Source: Obrimoposthia wandeli
Lineage: Eukaryota
DNA length: 64,000 nucleotides
Direction of reading: 5' to 3'
Assembly: GCA_977020255.1 (NCBI GenBank)
Contig: CDROCS010001087.1
Coordinates: 744,001-808,000, forward strand
A program made the position numbers and the translations under genes. The notes beneath the pieces were generated by a model. It saw nothing but the letters and a program-made list of their open reading frames with translations. It ran no database searches and was not told where the DNA came from. Below, one piece after another: positions 13,951 through 28,620 of the stretch (positions within the stretch are counted from its first letter, which is position 1; each line of letters opens with the position of its first letter).

Positions 13951-16900
13951 ATCTTTTTCAGCAATAGTAAATTTTAGTGAGTAATACCTCTTTTGACATA
14001 TTTATTGTAAACATTTGAATTCCGATACACATGTGATGTCATTCAGTAGATAAAACCACATGAAAGATTTTTCATAGACAAATATCATAGATATTGCATT
14101 TTTGAACTTCTTTGAAATTAAAATATCGTCACATGATTGAGTAAATAGACCACGAACAGAATTATACTTCACAATTTTAAAATCAAGAAACTGTAAATCT
14201 GGATTCATTTGAAAGATCAAGAAAATATTGTCCAGTAAATATTTCCAAATGACCTTGGAAAATTATATAAATGTATCTGTATGTAGTCTGCAGTGTGTGT
14301 ATGGGTATAATGTCAACGGGATATATGGGGGATTGTGATTGAAGCCAGATAAGCGGGAATCTAGCGATTCCGGAGATTTCTGGGAGTGGTTGGGTTCCAG
14401 AATTCCCGATTTCCGCGATAATAGTAATATTCATTTTAATAATGAGGATTGTTAATTGTCAGCTTCGTCTCTATCAAATTGATCGAGATCGCATGGCCAT
14501 TTCTTGTGATGCTTGGTTTGTTTATGTCGAGGGAGGTCTTGGCCCAAGAACAGACCTTTAATTAGTGCAGATACTCATCTCCTAAATGTAAATAAATCAT
14601 TTTTAAAATATTTTTATTCGTCTGAAATTATTTATTGTTTCTTTAAGAGAACAAATTAGAAGGGGTATAAGTACATTATATAGATCTCTAAAATGTTTTA
14701 ATAAATCAATCACCATTGAGGATGGAGAAAAACGATTTCTTTTAAAGCCACTACCATTTCGTAAGGACACAAATACTTTAATTAAATAATAATACAGTTA
14801 ATATATCGATAATATCAAATAAATATATCTTTTATCACTCAAACGCGCTTCTTTCTTTCCACCATTCCTCTTAATATCCATCGGTATATTGTTGTTAAGA
14901 TTTGAAGCACAAATTTCAAATATCCCATCACAGTTTGTTACCTGGGAATTAGTTAATCAATCTGCAGTCCTCATCGTTGCTCCTAAGATTCATATACATG
15001 CTTACTGCACCAGTCTCGAAAAGAATATAACAATATTTGGGCTATTGTGAAATAATACATTTTTAAATAATAATAAATGGGATTTTGAATTCAATTCTGG
15101 CATTGATCAGTAGCAAATGGAGCTGCATTAAATGTTAACTTGTACCAGCACTTTTCTTATGTTTGAATATAATCCTGAAACTCTTGTTTAAGTTGTTTTG
15201 CAAATGATATGATTAATTGGTAGAAAATTCAACTGTAAAGAATTTAAAAAATAAAGTCTGAATTAAAAGTCTTTCGATAAAATTCTGCGCATAATTCAAA
15301 ACTTTACTCATTTAAAAATTGTATCCTCATTGACTTTCATGGCTTTATGTGTAATTCATTTTCCATTTTTCGAATTAAAATTGTTCTTGAAATACTTAAA
15401 TCATCAAAGCGTCTTCAAGAAAATGACTGTCTTGGTGTTGGAGATCTTTATTCAAATGTAACCTCCATCGTGTTTCCTACTTCATTGGATCGCCCCAGGG
15501 GACTTTTATAAAAAAATGTTTCTTATTACGACCACCCTTTCTTCTCAAACAATTAAGCAATGAACTTTTGGTGGTTCAGTACTGGACATTCTCTCACACA
15601 ATATTCTCCCAACAACTCACATTGGAGAGTTTCAGTTACCACTGAAATGTTATCGTAAACTAAAATATTGACAATATCAAATAAATTTTTTTCTAGTGAA
15701 CCTTATAAATGCCACTATTAAAAGAATATATAATTTATGGACCCCTCTTTACAAATAAGGAATGTGTATTTTTCTGTACTCATGTTCTGCCCTGTCCAGG
15801 TCACTGACGTCAGTGATTCATCTATTCTTAATTTGTACAGATAATTATTATATACTGAATGACTTCAATTAAAAAGGAACAACAGGCTGGACTGTATATT
15901 TGATATTTTGCGATAAAATTAGATCCAGGGAGATGCGTACTTTAGTCTCTGTGGCTAATCGTTTCATCGTTCTCACGCACAAATGAATTCGCATGGACAT
16001 TATTGCCAGTATCAATTAAAATTTTAATGGATGATTTGAATGGTTTTGGGGAAATGAAATGAACCAAAGTGTTTGGTATTAAAATTCATTTTTTGAAAGT
16101 AAAATCTTTCACGGAGCTAAAAGGAGAAAACGAAATAATTTTAAAGGAGTTGCAAGCGATAAATAGAAAATCCAAACCCCTACTTTATTTTAATGCATAC
16201 ATTTGCTCTATGTATCTATTTCTACAATTTGAAAAAAAATTACTGGTTTTATTTTGTAATTGTACTTCAAAATGTTTTCAACTGTGGCTGTATATTTAAA
16301 GTGAGATAATATAAATACTTTTAAAATTCAATACAACCGTGTTCCTCTGCTTATATACTCTCTCTATTTTTATACAACTCAAATTGTTTTCGTAGAGAAT
16401 AGAAGATCTACTGGAGATAATTTTGAATACAGTATCCTTTATTTTTAGGCGTATACATTAAAGAATTACATGTAAAACAAATATTTTCTCAATCAACTGA
16501 AATAGAAATGATATGTCTGATTTTAACATGATTAAAGAGAGATGAAGACACTTTTTGTCAAATCAGCCGGTCATTAAAAGTGGATTTTTACCGTCATTTT
16601 CCGGTCTCAAACTGAGCTAATAAACTCGATGCTTAGGTAATGACGACTTTTAACAGATTGTAAGGGAAAATATACAAAATAATAATTAGTTTTACTATAT
16701 CCGAATTATTTTTATTAAATAATTTATAAAGTAAAATTATTTTTATTTTGCAGTATTAAAATATTATTAAAATATATTTTAAATATCGATAAATATCGAT
16801 AAATAAACTTCAATTTTTTGAATAGTGAAGTATTCGGTTGCTTTTGAAAATTTTTGACATTGTTACAATTTCTTATAAATTTCAAATATTCCATAAAATT

Positions 16901-19900
16901 TGGTTATTATTTGAAAATTTCTTAACCAATCTGCATTTATCATCGTAGCTCCTAAGATGTATATAAATGCTCACTGCTATAGGCTCACGAAGATCATGAA
17001 AATATTTGGGATTTAGGAAGAAAATACATTTTTCGATAATAAGTAGGATCTTAAATTCAATCCAGGAATTGATCAATAGCCAATGAAAAATTAACATGTT
17101 TATTTTAATTTGAATATAATTCTGACGGCTTTGTTTAAATGTTTTGGTAAGTATGAAATAAGAAATTAGGCAATTTGTTGTTAGTTTATTTTTTGATACA
17201 GGAGATAATGTAGGGGATGGTTTAAAGTTGGAAACGTTCATTCTAGTTAATATTAAAATGGTCGAAAAGAAATATAGTTCGAATTTAAATATATATTCAA
17301 AATACATGAAAATATGAAATTTATAAAAGCCCAACAGTTACATATTCATTCAGTCTTTTTTATCGAAAGTCTGTTGTATTTTTAGGATTCTACAACTATA
17401 GAAAAATTGTTAAAGTTAAACAAATAATAACTATATAGTTCGTGAAATATTTATTATTTTTATTTAGTTACGATGCTTATATAAACGTTTCTAAAGAAGG
17501 TAAAACTAAACTGAGCTTGGGATTTTAGAAAATGATATATCAGACGACACAATTGCTCAAGAGTGTGTTAGTTTGATTTGTAAATTTCAGTGGGAAGTTG
17601 AATGAATCTTTATTTGAATTGTCGTTGAGTGGAATTTCTTATGCAAACTTTTACTGAGAACATTCAAAGACAAATTATTGATCCAGAAGCATTATAAATT
17701 CTTCATTTATTGAAGCACCGTTTAGACCCAATATGACGCAAGAAAACACATAAAAATCAGAAAGTAATTAAGCGATTATTTGGAAATATAATTTTAATTT
17801 TCCCCTATATGCTGAACACAAACAACTTTATGTTGATTTTGATTCTAATTAAATCACATTTTCTGTAACCGAAAATCTAATAAATAAAATAGCTTCATGT
17901 AAGAAATCGAGACAATTGTTTTCCTTTATAGTCATTCGTATTAGTTTAAAAAAAACAGCAATCGCATAATATAAAAGAATCCCATACATAGATATCGTTA
18001 TATTCTTCAAATTTGTGCTATTTATTGATGTAGCCGTTCAACATGTTTATTACATATATCACAAAAATCTAGTCATAAAATAGTCATCATCAGCTGATTT
18101 AATGAATTCGGTAATAAACTCTTCAGTTATAATTTCATTAATTCTAGTTGAAATTGATATATCTAAACAATGAGACACTGGTTTCATTACTGATTCAAAA
18201 TTAGGTTCTTAAATTTTCTTTATTTTCATTCCCTTAATGCTTGTTAAACAAAAATAACCATCACTGTCATGATCGAATGTCATATTAACATTTTCATCAC
18301 CATACTACTTCAAAAGAGTTTATAGGAAATTAAATTCAGAGCCAATAACTTTTCTTGGTCTTCTACCTGACATGAGAAATTGCTATAATAAGCTTCACAT
18401 GCAACGTTGCTGATTTTTTGTATTGTTGAGAAATTTTAATAATGTATTTGAAATCAGCAATAAAAATTCACCACAAATATATAACTCTATTCCAGATGCT
18501 AAAGAAAAATTGAAATTTGTTGTGTAATAAAGCGCCCGTAAGGAGTCAATATAACATTTTTTCATGATTTATGTCATACTTTACTTCAAAAGATGATTGC
18601 AGATTTAGTATAATCTAAAACATGAAATAGACAAACAGTATAGTTAGTACAGTTGAGTTGTTTCGCATAAATATTATTTATTGCTATCACAACTATCTAC
18701 TTCCTGATTATCTTTTGTTATTTACAATAAAAAGCTAATATTCTATCATTTTGTCTATTTTGTCTACTTTTCCTAAAGGTGTTTATTCATTCTAATGCCT
18801 TCTATAAAGCAGTGATCGAGGAATGAACTTAAGTAGAAGTTGACCCGCAATCTAATATTTACAAAATATTTCCCGTAATTGAAAATCCCTAAATCCCAGT
18901 AAATAATTGTCTTTTCGTAATTTGATTGGATAGAGTCAAGTGTTTCAATTTGTAAAGTAGGTAAGTGACCGTAAAAATGTGCAAACCAACTTTTTTACGA
19001 CAAATGTTTCAATAACCTTATACTAATCAATACTTTTACATTAGTGCATAACAAAAGTTTAAAACCTAACGACAAAATTATATTTTTATGACTCAAATAT
19101 ATTTTTAAAAGTTTTTGTATCTAATTTCGTTACATTTAAGTATGAATGGTTTTTTGAATACTATAATTACTAAATTCATTTCGTTGTAGCTATTTTACAT
19201 ATGTTTAAATTTGCATTATAAACAAAACGTAACAAATCTTTAAAACTAGTTTAATTTTTTGATATAAAATTTTGAATTCTTAAGTGCAAGCTAATGTATA
19301 ATACAGATTTATAAGAATTAGTCAAATTGGCCAAAAATTATCTGAATCAAATCATCCATAAACAAAGAAAATATGTGACCTATAGAAAAATCAATTATTT
19401 TAGAAATGGTTTGGGTGTGATAACTTTGAATATGGCTTCAAACCATTAGTATTTGCTATGAACAATATAAATTTGGAAATTTATATATACAATCTACAAC
19501 TGTTTGATATTTACGTAATATTTTGCTACACTCTATATATATTTATAAATTGTTTGGTTATGTCGACAATAAATCTTTAAAAACTTAAAATAAGAAAATC
19601 TTCTATTGGGTATCTTTGAATAGTAAAAATATTTTAAGATATCATTTTTATCATTCACAACTGCTAAATTCCTGTAAAAACTCAGAAATTTTGAATTAAA
19701 TGAACAAATAAATATTGTTTGAATGCTCTTAAATTGTTGAAATTTCACACAAAACTGGATTTAAAAATAATCATTTTCTAAGCATGAAGGTAAAACTAAT
19801 AAATAAGTCATTCTATTTTTTCCATATTAATAAAACTAAAGTTAATAATATTGTATTCTTTTGAAGTTAAAATTAATAATTGTAACATTTATATATTTAA

Positions 19901-22900
19901 CAGATATTATAACTTTTAAATAGATTTTTATATTTAATTCAAAATTATATTTAACCTATTTTAAATCACACTTTTAAATGACCTAATAAAGTTTATAAAT
20001 TTAATTATTAAAAACTTAAATAATTTTTAAAAATAAATGTATTACTTACTTTTTCAATTAATAAATATATTTATAAAAGGTTAAGCATACATTTGTCATA
20101 AATTTAATATAATTAACTATAAATTCCATATGAATTCAGATTATTTCCTGGGATTATTCTCTTGTTACCAAAAATATTATTAATTTTTTTTTTAATGTAG
20201 TTTTGTTATTGAAAAGGATTTTAGCATAAGAAATTTGGTCTGAAACTTCTAGGATCTTTTAAAATAAAATCTTTCTGTAAAACTGTTATAATATGTTTAA
20301 GATAATTTCCAAATTCTAGTCACTGACTGGTCAGAATAAACGAGTCTCTTGATTTTTTAAAATATTCCTGGATAACAAAAAAATTTAAATATTGTGTTTC
20401 AATACTTAATATCATGATATAAATCACGTGATTATCGATAATTATTTTGTCTGGATCTATTTATTATTTCTTACTACAATGTCCAAGAAAAGGATTTTGA
20501 CATTGAAATCTTTGCATGAAAAGTCAAAAGTTTTTGACAAATATATACTCCAAAAATGAAGAAGATGTGAAAGTTAGCTTTTTGTTCAAAAGTTAAAGTT
20601 TCATATTATTAGATCAGAACACTTAAATTTAAATCGATATTAGAATAGTACATTAAATAAATAGATTGGAACCTTTAAGGTAGCTTGTAGGTTATAAAAC
20701 CATTTTCACACTTTCTAAGATGCAGCTACAACTGATATACCATTTTGTTGATCATAAAATATAAGTTCATTTAAAACTAATATCTGCATAAATTATACTA
20801 ATTAGCACAAAATGGTTGCCATTTTGTAAAAAAATAGGGGAAACGTTGGTACAATAATGTGGTAAAACTTACCAACCAATTTCAATCAAAATTTCAGAGA
20901 ATACTCTTCAGATATAATATAAGGGATGATAGGATGTTTTCAATTAAATAGTACAAAATTCTGGTTAAAGTATAATATGTTGTATATATTTTATGCTATG
21001 ACAACTTTATTTTAATAAAAGTTTAGTATTAAATTTATTTAAAATTTATAAAAATATGGAAAAAAATTCTATTTCATTAGGTTTATAAGATATAAACATG
21101 GTCAGGAAGCACATCTTTATGCACAATATAACGAATTGACATATATTTGAAACAGCATATTTATTTATAAGAATTAATTATTAGGTACAAAGCAGTTGCA
21201 AAAACATGATTGCAAAAAACATGATTTCTAATAGATTCCGTTACAAAAGTGAACCAAGTATTTCAGCTTACCGTTTAGAAAGATTCATGTATCTCAGAAA
21301 TGCATTTAAATGAATCTGACTAATTATTAAAGGTTCTATTGACATCGTCATTTCGTAATTTGTATCTGTAATCATTTTCTATAATAATTTCTTCAGTATC
21401 TACCTCTAAAATAGAAATTTTACAAATACTATGTAATTTAATTAAATAACGATACAAATATTAAAAATGCTTTTTACGCAAAAATAATAATTTTTCTTCT
21501 TCACACGTTATTGTATTTTTATGAAATCAATTTACAACATTATCCCTTAAAATCTTATTTTCATGTAAAATTGTAGAAAATTTTGATAAAATTAAGTTGC
21601 ATGATTTTTTTAACTTAACTAATTTTTAAAGCCTAAAACGATTTTCAGCAACTAGCGTACATATGACTCTAAACGTTTAGTATAGAAGATATTACAACTT
21701 CATAATTGATATTCTCAAGATATCGAAGTAATATAAGATAAATATTTCCTTATATTTGTAAAGTACTTTTCAATCAAAACGATTACGTATGTATATTTTG
21801 TGAAGAATAAATTGAAAAATATGGGCCCGAATTGAATCGAATCACTTTGCTAATGTAATTTGTTAGGCTCCTGTAAATGAACAACCATTTTGCTGATCAG
21901 TTTTTGCTGTTGAAATAAAACGAATGTCATGTTGAACTATGAGAAGGGAAACAAGTATATTTTTTGGAAATGCAGATAAAAAAGAGAAAGGGGGAGAAGG
22001 AAAGTGAAAGTGAGTAATGTTTTGTCAATTTTATTTACAATAATAAATCCAATTAGTGGAGAATAGGTAATGTGGAATTGTTTCACCACAGTCACTAGAC
22101 AACACACACCACGGGAACTTTCGCTGGTGACCTTGAATGGGTGAGGCCATAATCACAGAGCGGCGGTGTCCATTAGATAATGAGACTAGAATTACGGGGT
22201 GGTTCGTGCCACCGAGCAGGGCTTCTAGACTCACAGTTGTACTCAGCATTAGCGACCGGTTCAGCTGCTGATGCAGCTGATGATGATGTCTGAGATTCAA
22301 ACAATAAAGGGCAACACAAGCGTTTCGATTAGCGACACATTTTCATAGGCAAAAATTATATTTTTATATTGCTCCATCAGACAATATTACTCTTGGGTTT
22401 TGCCATGAATTTTTGAGCATTTTTATGAAAAACATATATTATATAATGTTAAAAGGTTTTCACGATATAATCGAAAAAAAGTAAAATTTTATTAGTATCT
22501 ATTATAGTCAATTCGATAATATTGCAATATTGAGAACTTTATATTTTTGTATTGTCGCAAACCAAATTGCTATTATAAGGCGACAATGAACACCTGCAAC
22601 AAAATATACCTCAATTTACAGAATAAAGTTTACAGTTTTAATAGTAACAATATGTAAATGATTTTAATAAAAAAATAATAAAAGGACTCAATCAAGGCAT
22701 TGAGTATTTATGTAATCTGTTATCAAATACTTTTAGATTAAATATATTTTAAAAATAGAAATAATTCAATTTGTTTTTATTAATATTTAAGCAGATTTCC
22801 AAAGTTATTAGGAAAGATTGAGAACGTCCAAGAATTTGAACTTGGAAATAGCTTCTGTGTTTGAAATGTACAAAACCACCGAGAAAATAAAATATTGAAT

Positions 22901-24699
22901 TATTCCTGTCTTTCTAGGTTCAAAGTTGAAACATTTGGTTGTAGATCTGGGATCCTATTTCTTTTTTCATTTCTCTTTACTCAGGGCAGGCTTTTTTTCA
23001 GAAAGAAAAATTGTTTGTATTTTTTAAATTTATTTAAATATTATCACATTTCATCTGTATGCCTCAAAATGAATAAATTACGGCATTTGTATTTGTTCTC
23101 TACAATATTATCGTATAATTGTGACAACTTGCACTAAGAATTGTCAAATTGTCAAAAAAGGTGTATATGTTAAAGGTCAATTAACTGATAAAAGTTTTTC
23201 TGCGACAGTGAAGTTCGTCTGTTTACAATCAGCAACTTCAAATCTTGAGAAGTTAGCTAGATGCAAAAGACTGGAAAAGGGTGAGAAAATGTGTAATAGT
23301 TTTGCTTAAAATTTATTAAAACAAATTGTTATGTCTATTTTGAAATTTTTCATTCATTTATTAAATTAAAATTTCCACTTCGATTTATTTTACTTAATTA
23401 ATAAATTCAAAATATGTGATATGAAAGATGAAATTTGACGGTATCACGTGACGAATGCCAAACACCAATACTTTTAATGGAAATAATCCGAATATTACAG
23501 CAATTAAGCAAAGGAATGACACATTATATTGCTTACAATACGTCAGATGTTTGACGGTGTAGTCAACGGAATCACTGTATCTAGGAGGAGAATAAATTCG
23601 ATTGTTTCTGCTGCTGCAGTTGCAACTCGAGTGAGCAAAGTTGTGAGCTGATTTAATAATCGGTGCAACAGTTGGGAAAGGGAGCGAGGGAGCTGTGATT
23701 ATGAGCCATACAAAATCGATTAATCAATGCCTCACCCTCTCTTTTGGATAATCGTGAGATCGACCGGCTGGCCGATTTTTGGAGGCTGCAGTTCCGAGAA
23801 TTGCAGATCAGAACTCGTATAGAACCGCGCTCCTACAAAGCAGGGGAAACCAAACCGAGAAAGAAAGCAAATAAGAAATCCAGCGAAAACGAGAGAAGTA
23901 GAGAGAAAGAGTCAATTACGGCTTAATGCTTCAACTAGTTTAATGATTGATTAGCCGAGAGGATTAATCCGGGATTTGTAGTGTGGCCAAGAACGATGAG
24001 GAAGCAAATATGGCTTGTTGGGTTTTATTGGCAATCAGAAAGCAATGTGAACCGCTCGGTTGTGCTCTGGTGGGTTTTTGATTGACCCTTGAGTCTGTGT
24101 TTTGGTCTGAACACGGATCCGGGCAAGTCACAGTGACTGGTTTTGGTAGGCATAAACTCCAGAAATGGAAATAGTGGATACTGTTAGACCAAGACATATT
24201 TGAGGGGATTTCTTTAATTCACTGCTTCATTCATTTACATTCAACAAAGATATGGTCAAGCTAAATACATTAGTTTGCTATTTTTTTATAAATAACTTAA
24301 GAAATTAAATTTACTGAAACATGAGGTTTTTATCTGTAACTTCATCATTGACAACTGAATTCTTACAATTAGCCCTTCGCTTATAAAATACTAATGTAAA
24401 ATTGTCTAGTATCCAGATGGATTATTTCTCTTCGCTGAACTAACTTTATGATTTTTTAATACTTTATAGAAATTCTTTACATACGTTAATACACTTATTT
24501 TCTTGTGAATGAAACGGAAAATTTGTCATTAAAAAGTCATATTAAAAATAACTCTTCAGTATGTAAACCACTATTGCTATCCCAATCGAGTTGTCAGTTA
24601 GTATGTCATTGTATGGGAGTTTTGTAATCTTACATGTGTCTACTTTCATATAATACTCTTCAATGACTCTGTTTATTGAGGACTGATATACTCGAATTC

Positions 24700-25260
24700 G
24701 TTTTCATGTATCTCTTTGACTGGAACAAACATCATATCTCATATCATTAACAATTTCTATTTTCGTCTGCCAGGAGTTGTGATTTGAAGTCATCAATACG
24801 CGATATCGGAAACATACTACAGGTCTCGAAAAGTCGTTTGCACCAGAAAGATTCTCTTAAGTAGGTGGATGTGTCCGGTCTAATCCACACCCCTCCCCCT
24901 TGTCCTTTAAAACCGTGCATGTGTGTGGAGTGAAATTTCGTGTAGGTGTGTGGAGTATAATTTCACTCCACACACATGCACGATTTTAAAGGACAAGGGG
25001 GGTCCCAAATTTTTATTTCGCCCCCTTGTCCTTTAAAACCGTGCATGTGTGTGGAGTGAAATTTTACTCCACACACCTATACGAAATTTCACTCCACACA
25101 CATGCACGGTTTTAAAGGACAGGAGGGTGTGGATTAGACCGGACACATCCACCTACTCTCTTACCTTCCAATAAAATTATTTCTATCCTTTCGTTGGTGT
25201 ATCGTGGATAATTCATTTTTGACATATTGAATCAATAATGATTGTTAAGTCTGTACGAAA
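24700..25260 (-). mobile_element. Possible Helitron RepHel remnant, interrupted by the mini-Polinton
   Basis: After removing the insertion, fragments FYW..SGA..TFRDL..V..LLADE resemble the Helitron FYLRLLL..GPTSF-DL..GLL-DD region; weak. Confidence 0.3.
24860..25157. mobile_element. 298-bp non-coding mini-Polinton (left and right termini only)
   Basis: Starts AGTAGGTGGATGTGTCCGGTCTAATCC and ends GGATTAGACCGGACACATCCACCTACT, the same termini as 46067-57175; exact 6-bp TSD CTCTTA (24854-24859 / 25158-25163); two subterminal palindromes joined by a ~20-nt spacer. Confidence 0.95.
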
Positions 25261-25779
25261 ATTCAAATTATATTCAACACCAAAATCTGCCGTCCTCTTT
25301 CTGTGTGATTTTTTAAGTAAAGCACACTGTGGGGAAATGCAGGTAGTTATGAAATAATATGAAGACAATTAGTTACACAATCATACAGGTACCAACATTC
25401 AACTAATTAGTTTATTGTGAGATTATTTACATAAAAATGATATCAAGTTTAAATCTAACTAAAATGATATTTCATCATTTGTAAATATAAATGCATATAG
25501 AGCATAGATATTTTCCATTTAATCTCACTCATGGAATCATTGCGATCACCATATATGTGATACGCACAATATTATGTTCTACAAAAACAAAATATTCATA
25601 CAAATATATACGAATGGAATTTTGAATGATAACTATTTATTTTGAAGTTAAAATTTTTGAAACTTATATATTTACACTTCATAATTGTTGATAGATCAAT
25701 ATAAAAATGCAATATGGCCACCATTCACACCCGAAACTGTTTGCAAATGACCAGGTAACGTTTACCCAGCATCCATCAA

Positions 25780-26200
25780 ATGACACTTGTCAATAAGCCG
25801 CATTTGATGAACATTTCTTTCCTCAAAGCAACAATGCTTGTTGGTCAATGTTCATAGACTTTAGCCTAGAAAGCTTTGGGGCTACATGTTCTCAAAATGT
25901 TTTCCAATCAAAGCATTTTGATAAAATAACCCTTGTAGCACGTTTCTCGTTATGTTGGCGGTGTGTGGTGTTTCTCCGTCTTGCTGAGAACTGTGGATCG
26001 CAATACACCATTTTCCTCCAAGCAAGGAATCAAAGCATCTGAATAATTTATGCATATCGCTCAGCAGTGGCAGTTTCTTCAAATACTTATGTAGGTTACG
26101 ATTTTTAAATCAATTCATTTCTTCCAGCAGGTTTCCACTTTAATTTATTTTTGAATATTATATAGGTTCGTCTAGATAATCTCATTACTTTTTTTATTTA
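25780..26200 (-). mobile_element. Tc3-like (IS630-Tc1-mariner) transposase remnant
   Basis: FEETATAERY and SQQDGETPHTANITRNVLQGLF..LI match the FQQDGA-PH-A motif. Confidence 0.7.
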
Positions 26201-28029
26201 CAAATTGAACGTATATTAAATGATTTTCCTCTGGGTTTGCGAATCAAGAGAATGAGAAAGTTTTCCGAACGTTTGTCACTGAACTTCTTGATTAACCACT
26301 GATGGGGATTGCGACAAAAATAACTATACATCTCTATTTTTTCTTTTCATATTTCTAGCGTATTAAGAAATATGATAGAATGAATTATAAAACCTTTCAG
26401 TGTAATCAAAAGACAGATCATTCAAACTATCTCAATAAGTAGTCAACATCAGACCACTGAGTTGTATACGTCGCTCCTGGAAAATTCAATTCAACCGATT
26501 CTCTTCTACTTTCTAAAAGATGCAAATACAAAGGTATAATGTATATGGTTACAACATTGGCGAACCATTGTGAACCAAGACTTTGTGTCTTAAGACGTTC
26601 AGAATTTGCTTGGCAACATACGAATATTATTTTATCTGCTCTTTAGTATAGTTTTACCGTTTTTTTAACAAATTGTATAGATAAAACTTGCTTATGTTTC
26701 TATTTTTCATCACTCTTTTTGGTTTCTTTCTAGTACATTTTGCTCGAGCGGTTGTTTATGTATCTTCATTGCGATTGAGAAAATCGTATGATATCGGCTT
26801 CGAGATTTCGAATTCCTTGAAGTACATCGTGCTTAAGTAGTATTTGACTACAATATCTCTTCACTATTTTCTGAGAAGGAACGGACTTGTGAAATCAATA
26901 TAAGTAATTAAATTTTGAAATAACATAACCAAATTTATTATGTATCTTAAAACATTTTCAATACTAACTTTATAATGAATGGCTTTCTTAACTACATTAA
27001 TAACGTACAGATAACCTGGTATCTGTACATTTTTGATTTAATTTAATAATTTTAACGACAGGGATACCTAGTAGTATTTTAAGGATATATCATAATTATT
27101 ACTCTATTATTTATAAGTCAAATGTAAAAAAAACGATCTGTAACAATTACTAAATATCACTTTAAAACATTTAAATTTCAAATGTAAATACTTTTTTATT
27201 CTCAAAAGCATATTTTGAGTGAATTTCTTTTATAATGTATCAAATCGAGTAAATATTTCATACAGTTCCTAAAAATTCAATAATTCTGGAAATAATGTAT
27301 TAGTAAAGTTTAATGATAGAAATACATCAATTTACACATATATTTTCAAAGAAACCTTAAACCGTTTCGAATTTGCAACTAAATAATTTTTGGACTCCCT
27401 AAAAAAATAATTAAAAAATGACTTAGTAAACAACGATTCTTTTATTGAATGGTTTAACACAGAAAATCAAAATGCCTTAATACGTTTTCCAGAAACGCCT
27501 CAAAAATGTATCGAATAAAAAAAAACTTTTTAAATGTATATGTTTATATTACTTAATTATGCTTCTTTTTTAAAATTACTCTATGAAATGCATATACATT
27601 TGTAGATAAGATAATTTCAGAAAAAAATTTAAACATATTTATGAGTTAAAATTGCAAAATATTTTTTGTTACATTACTGAAGTATTAAACATTTTTTGGT
27701 CATAAATATATAGAAACACACGGAGAAATAAGTTTGTTACAAGCTACAGTTTCTAAATAAAACTCAAATGAATTTATTTTATACAATGTTTATCTAAGTT
27801 TGGCGACTTTAAATTATTGGTAAAGAAGTTTGCGCAAAACATCATTGAATTCGCATTGCAATTAAGATAGGATATAAGTTTATTTTTTAGAAATTTATAC
27901 GATTTCCAGTTAATCTCTGTACATGATCAAATATAAGGCTAAGTCAGGTAGTAACTGGTCGACCAGGAAACTGAAATAAATTATTAAAAGTTATTTTTAA
28001 ATCTTCAGTTGCATTTTCCAAGTAGCATT

Positions 28030-28620
28030 TATAGCGATGAAAGAGAGTTTCAAATTATCTTTCATTTTTTTGTGAAACCAATTTAATTAAATAGAAAAGC
28101 ATTTTAAAAATCAATTCTTGATGTAATGATCACATGAGTGAGCATTGTGGTTATTTCAGTAGTAATGTATTTTCTTATTATAATTTTCTTATTATAATTA
28201 CCTTTTTTGATATGAATGTTGCATGTTTTTATCACTTTTAATTTGACAATTAATGGTAAATTTTTCATCGATGGTGTAACCAATGTTCTTTAGTTTAGTT
28301 TTTAAATGAGTAATACTTTTACCGACATATAGGAAACTATTTTATCCTTCAATGCCGTTTATATTATTCTTATATCCAAATAATGTAGCCTTAGTTTTAT
28401 TTACATTTATCTTCAATTGTTTTGATTTCATCCACATAGCTATTTGATTAATTAGATTTTTCATTACAAAAATGCGATTTCATAGTCATTAGAATCAAAA
28501 TTAACAGAAATTTGTGTGTCATCAGCATAAAGGTGAAAAGTTATATTATATTTCTTAATAATCGATATAATCAAGGAAAAAGTATAGAAGTTCCTTAGCA
28601 AAGGATATGTAAAGTTACGA
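28030..28620 (-). mobile_element. Non-LTR (L2/CR1-like) reverse transcriptase remnant
   Basis: FHLYADDTQISVNF (~28510-28540), WMKSKQLKINVNKTK and KNIGYTIDEK motifs. Confidence 0.75.
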
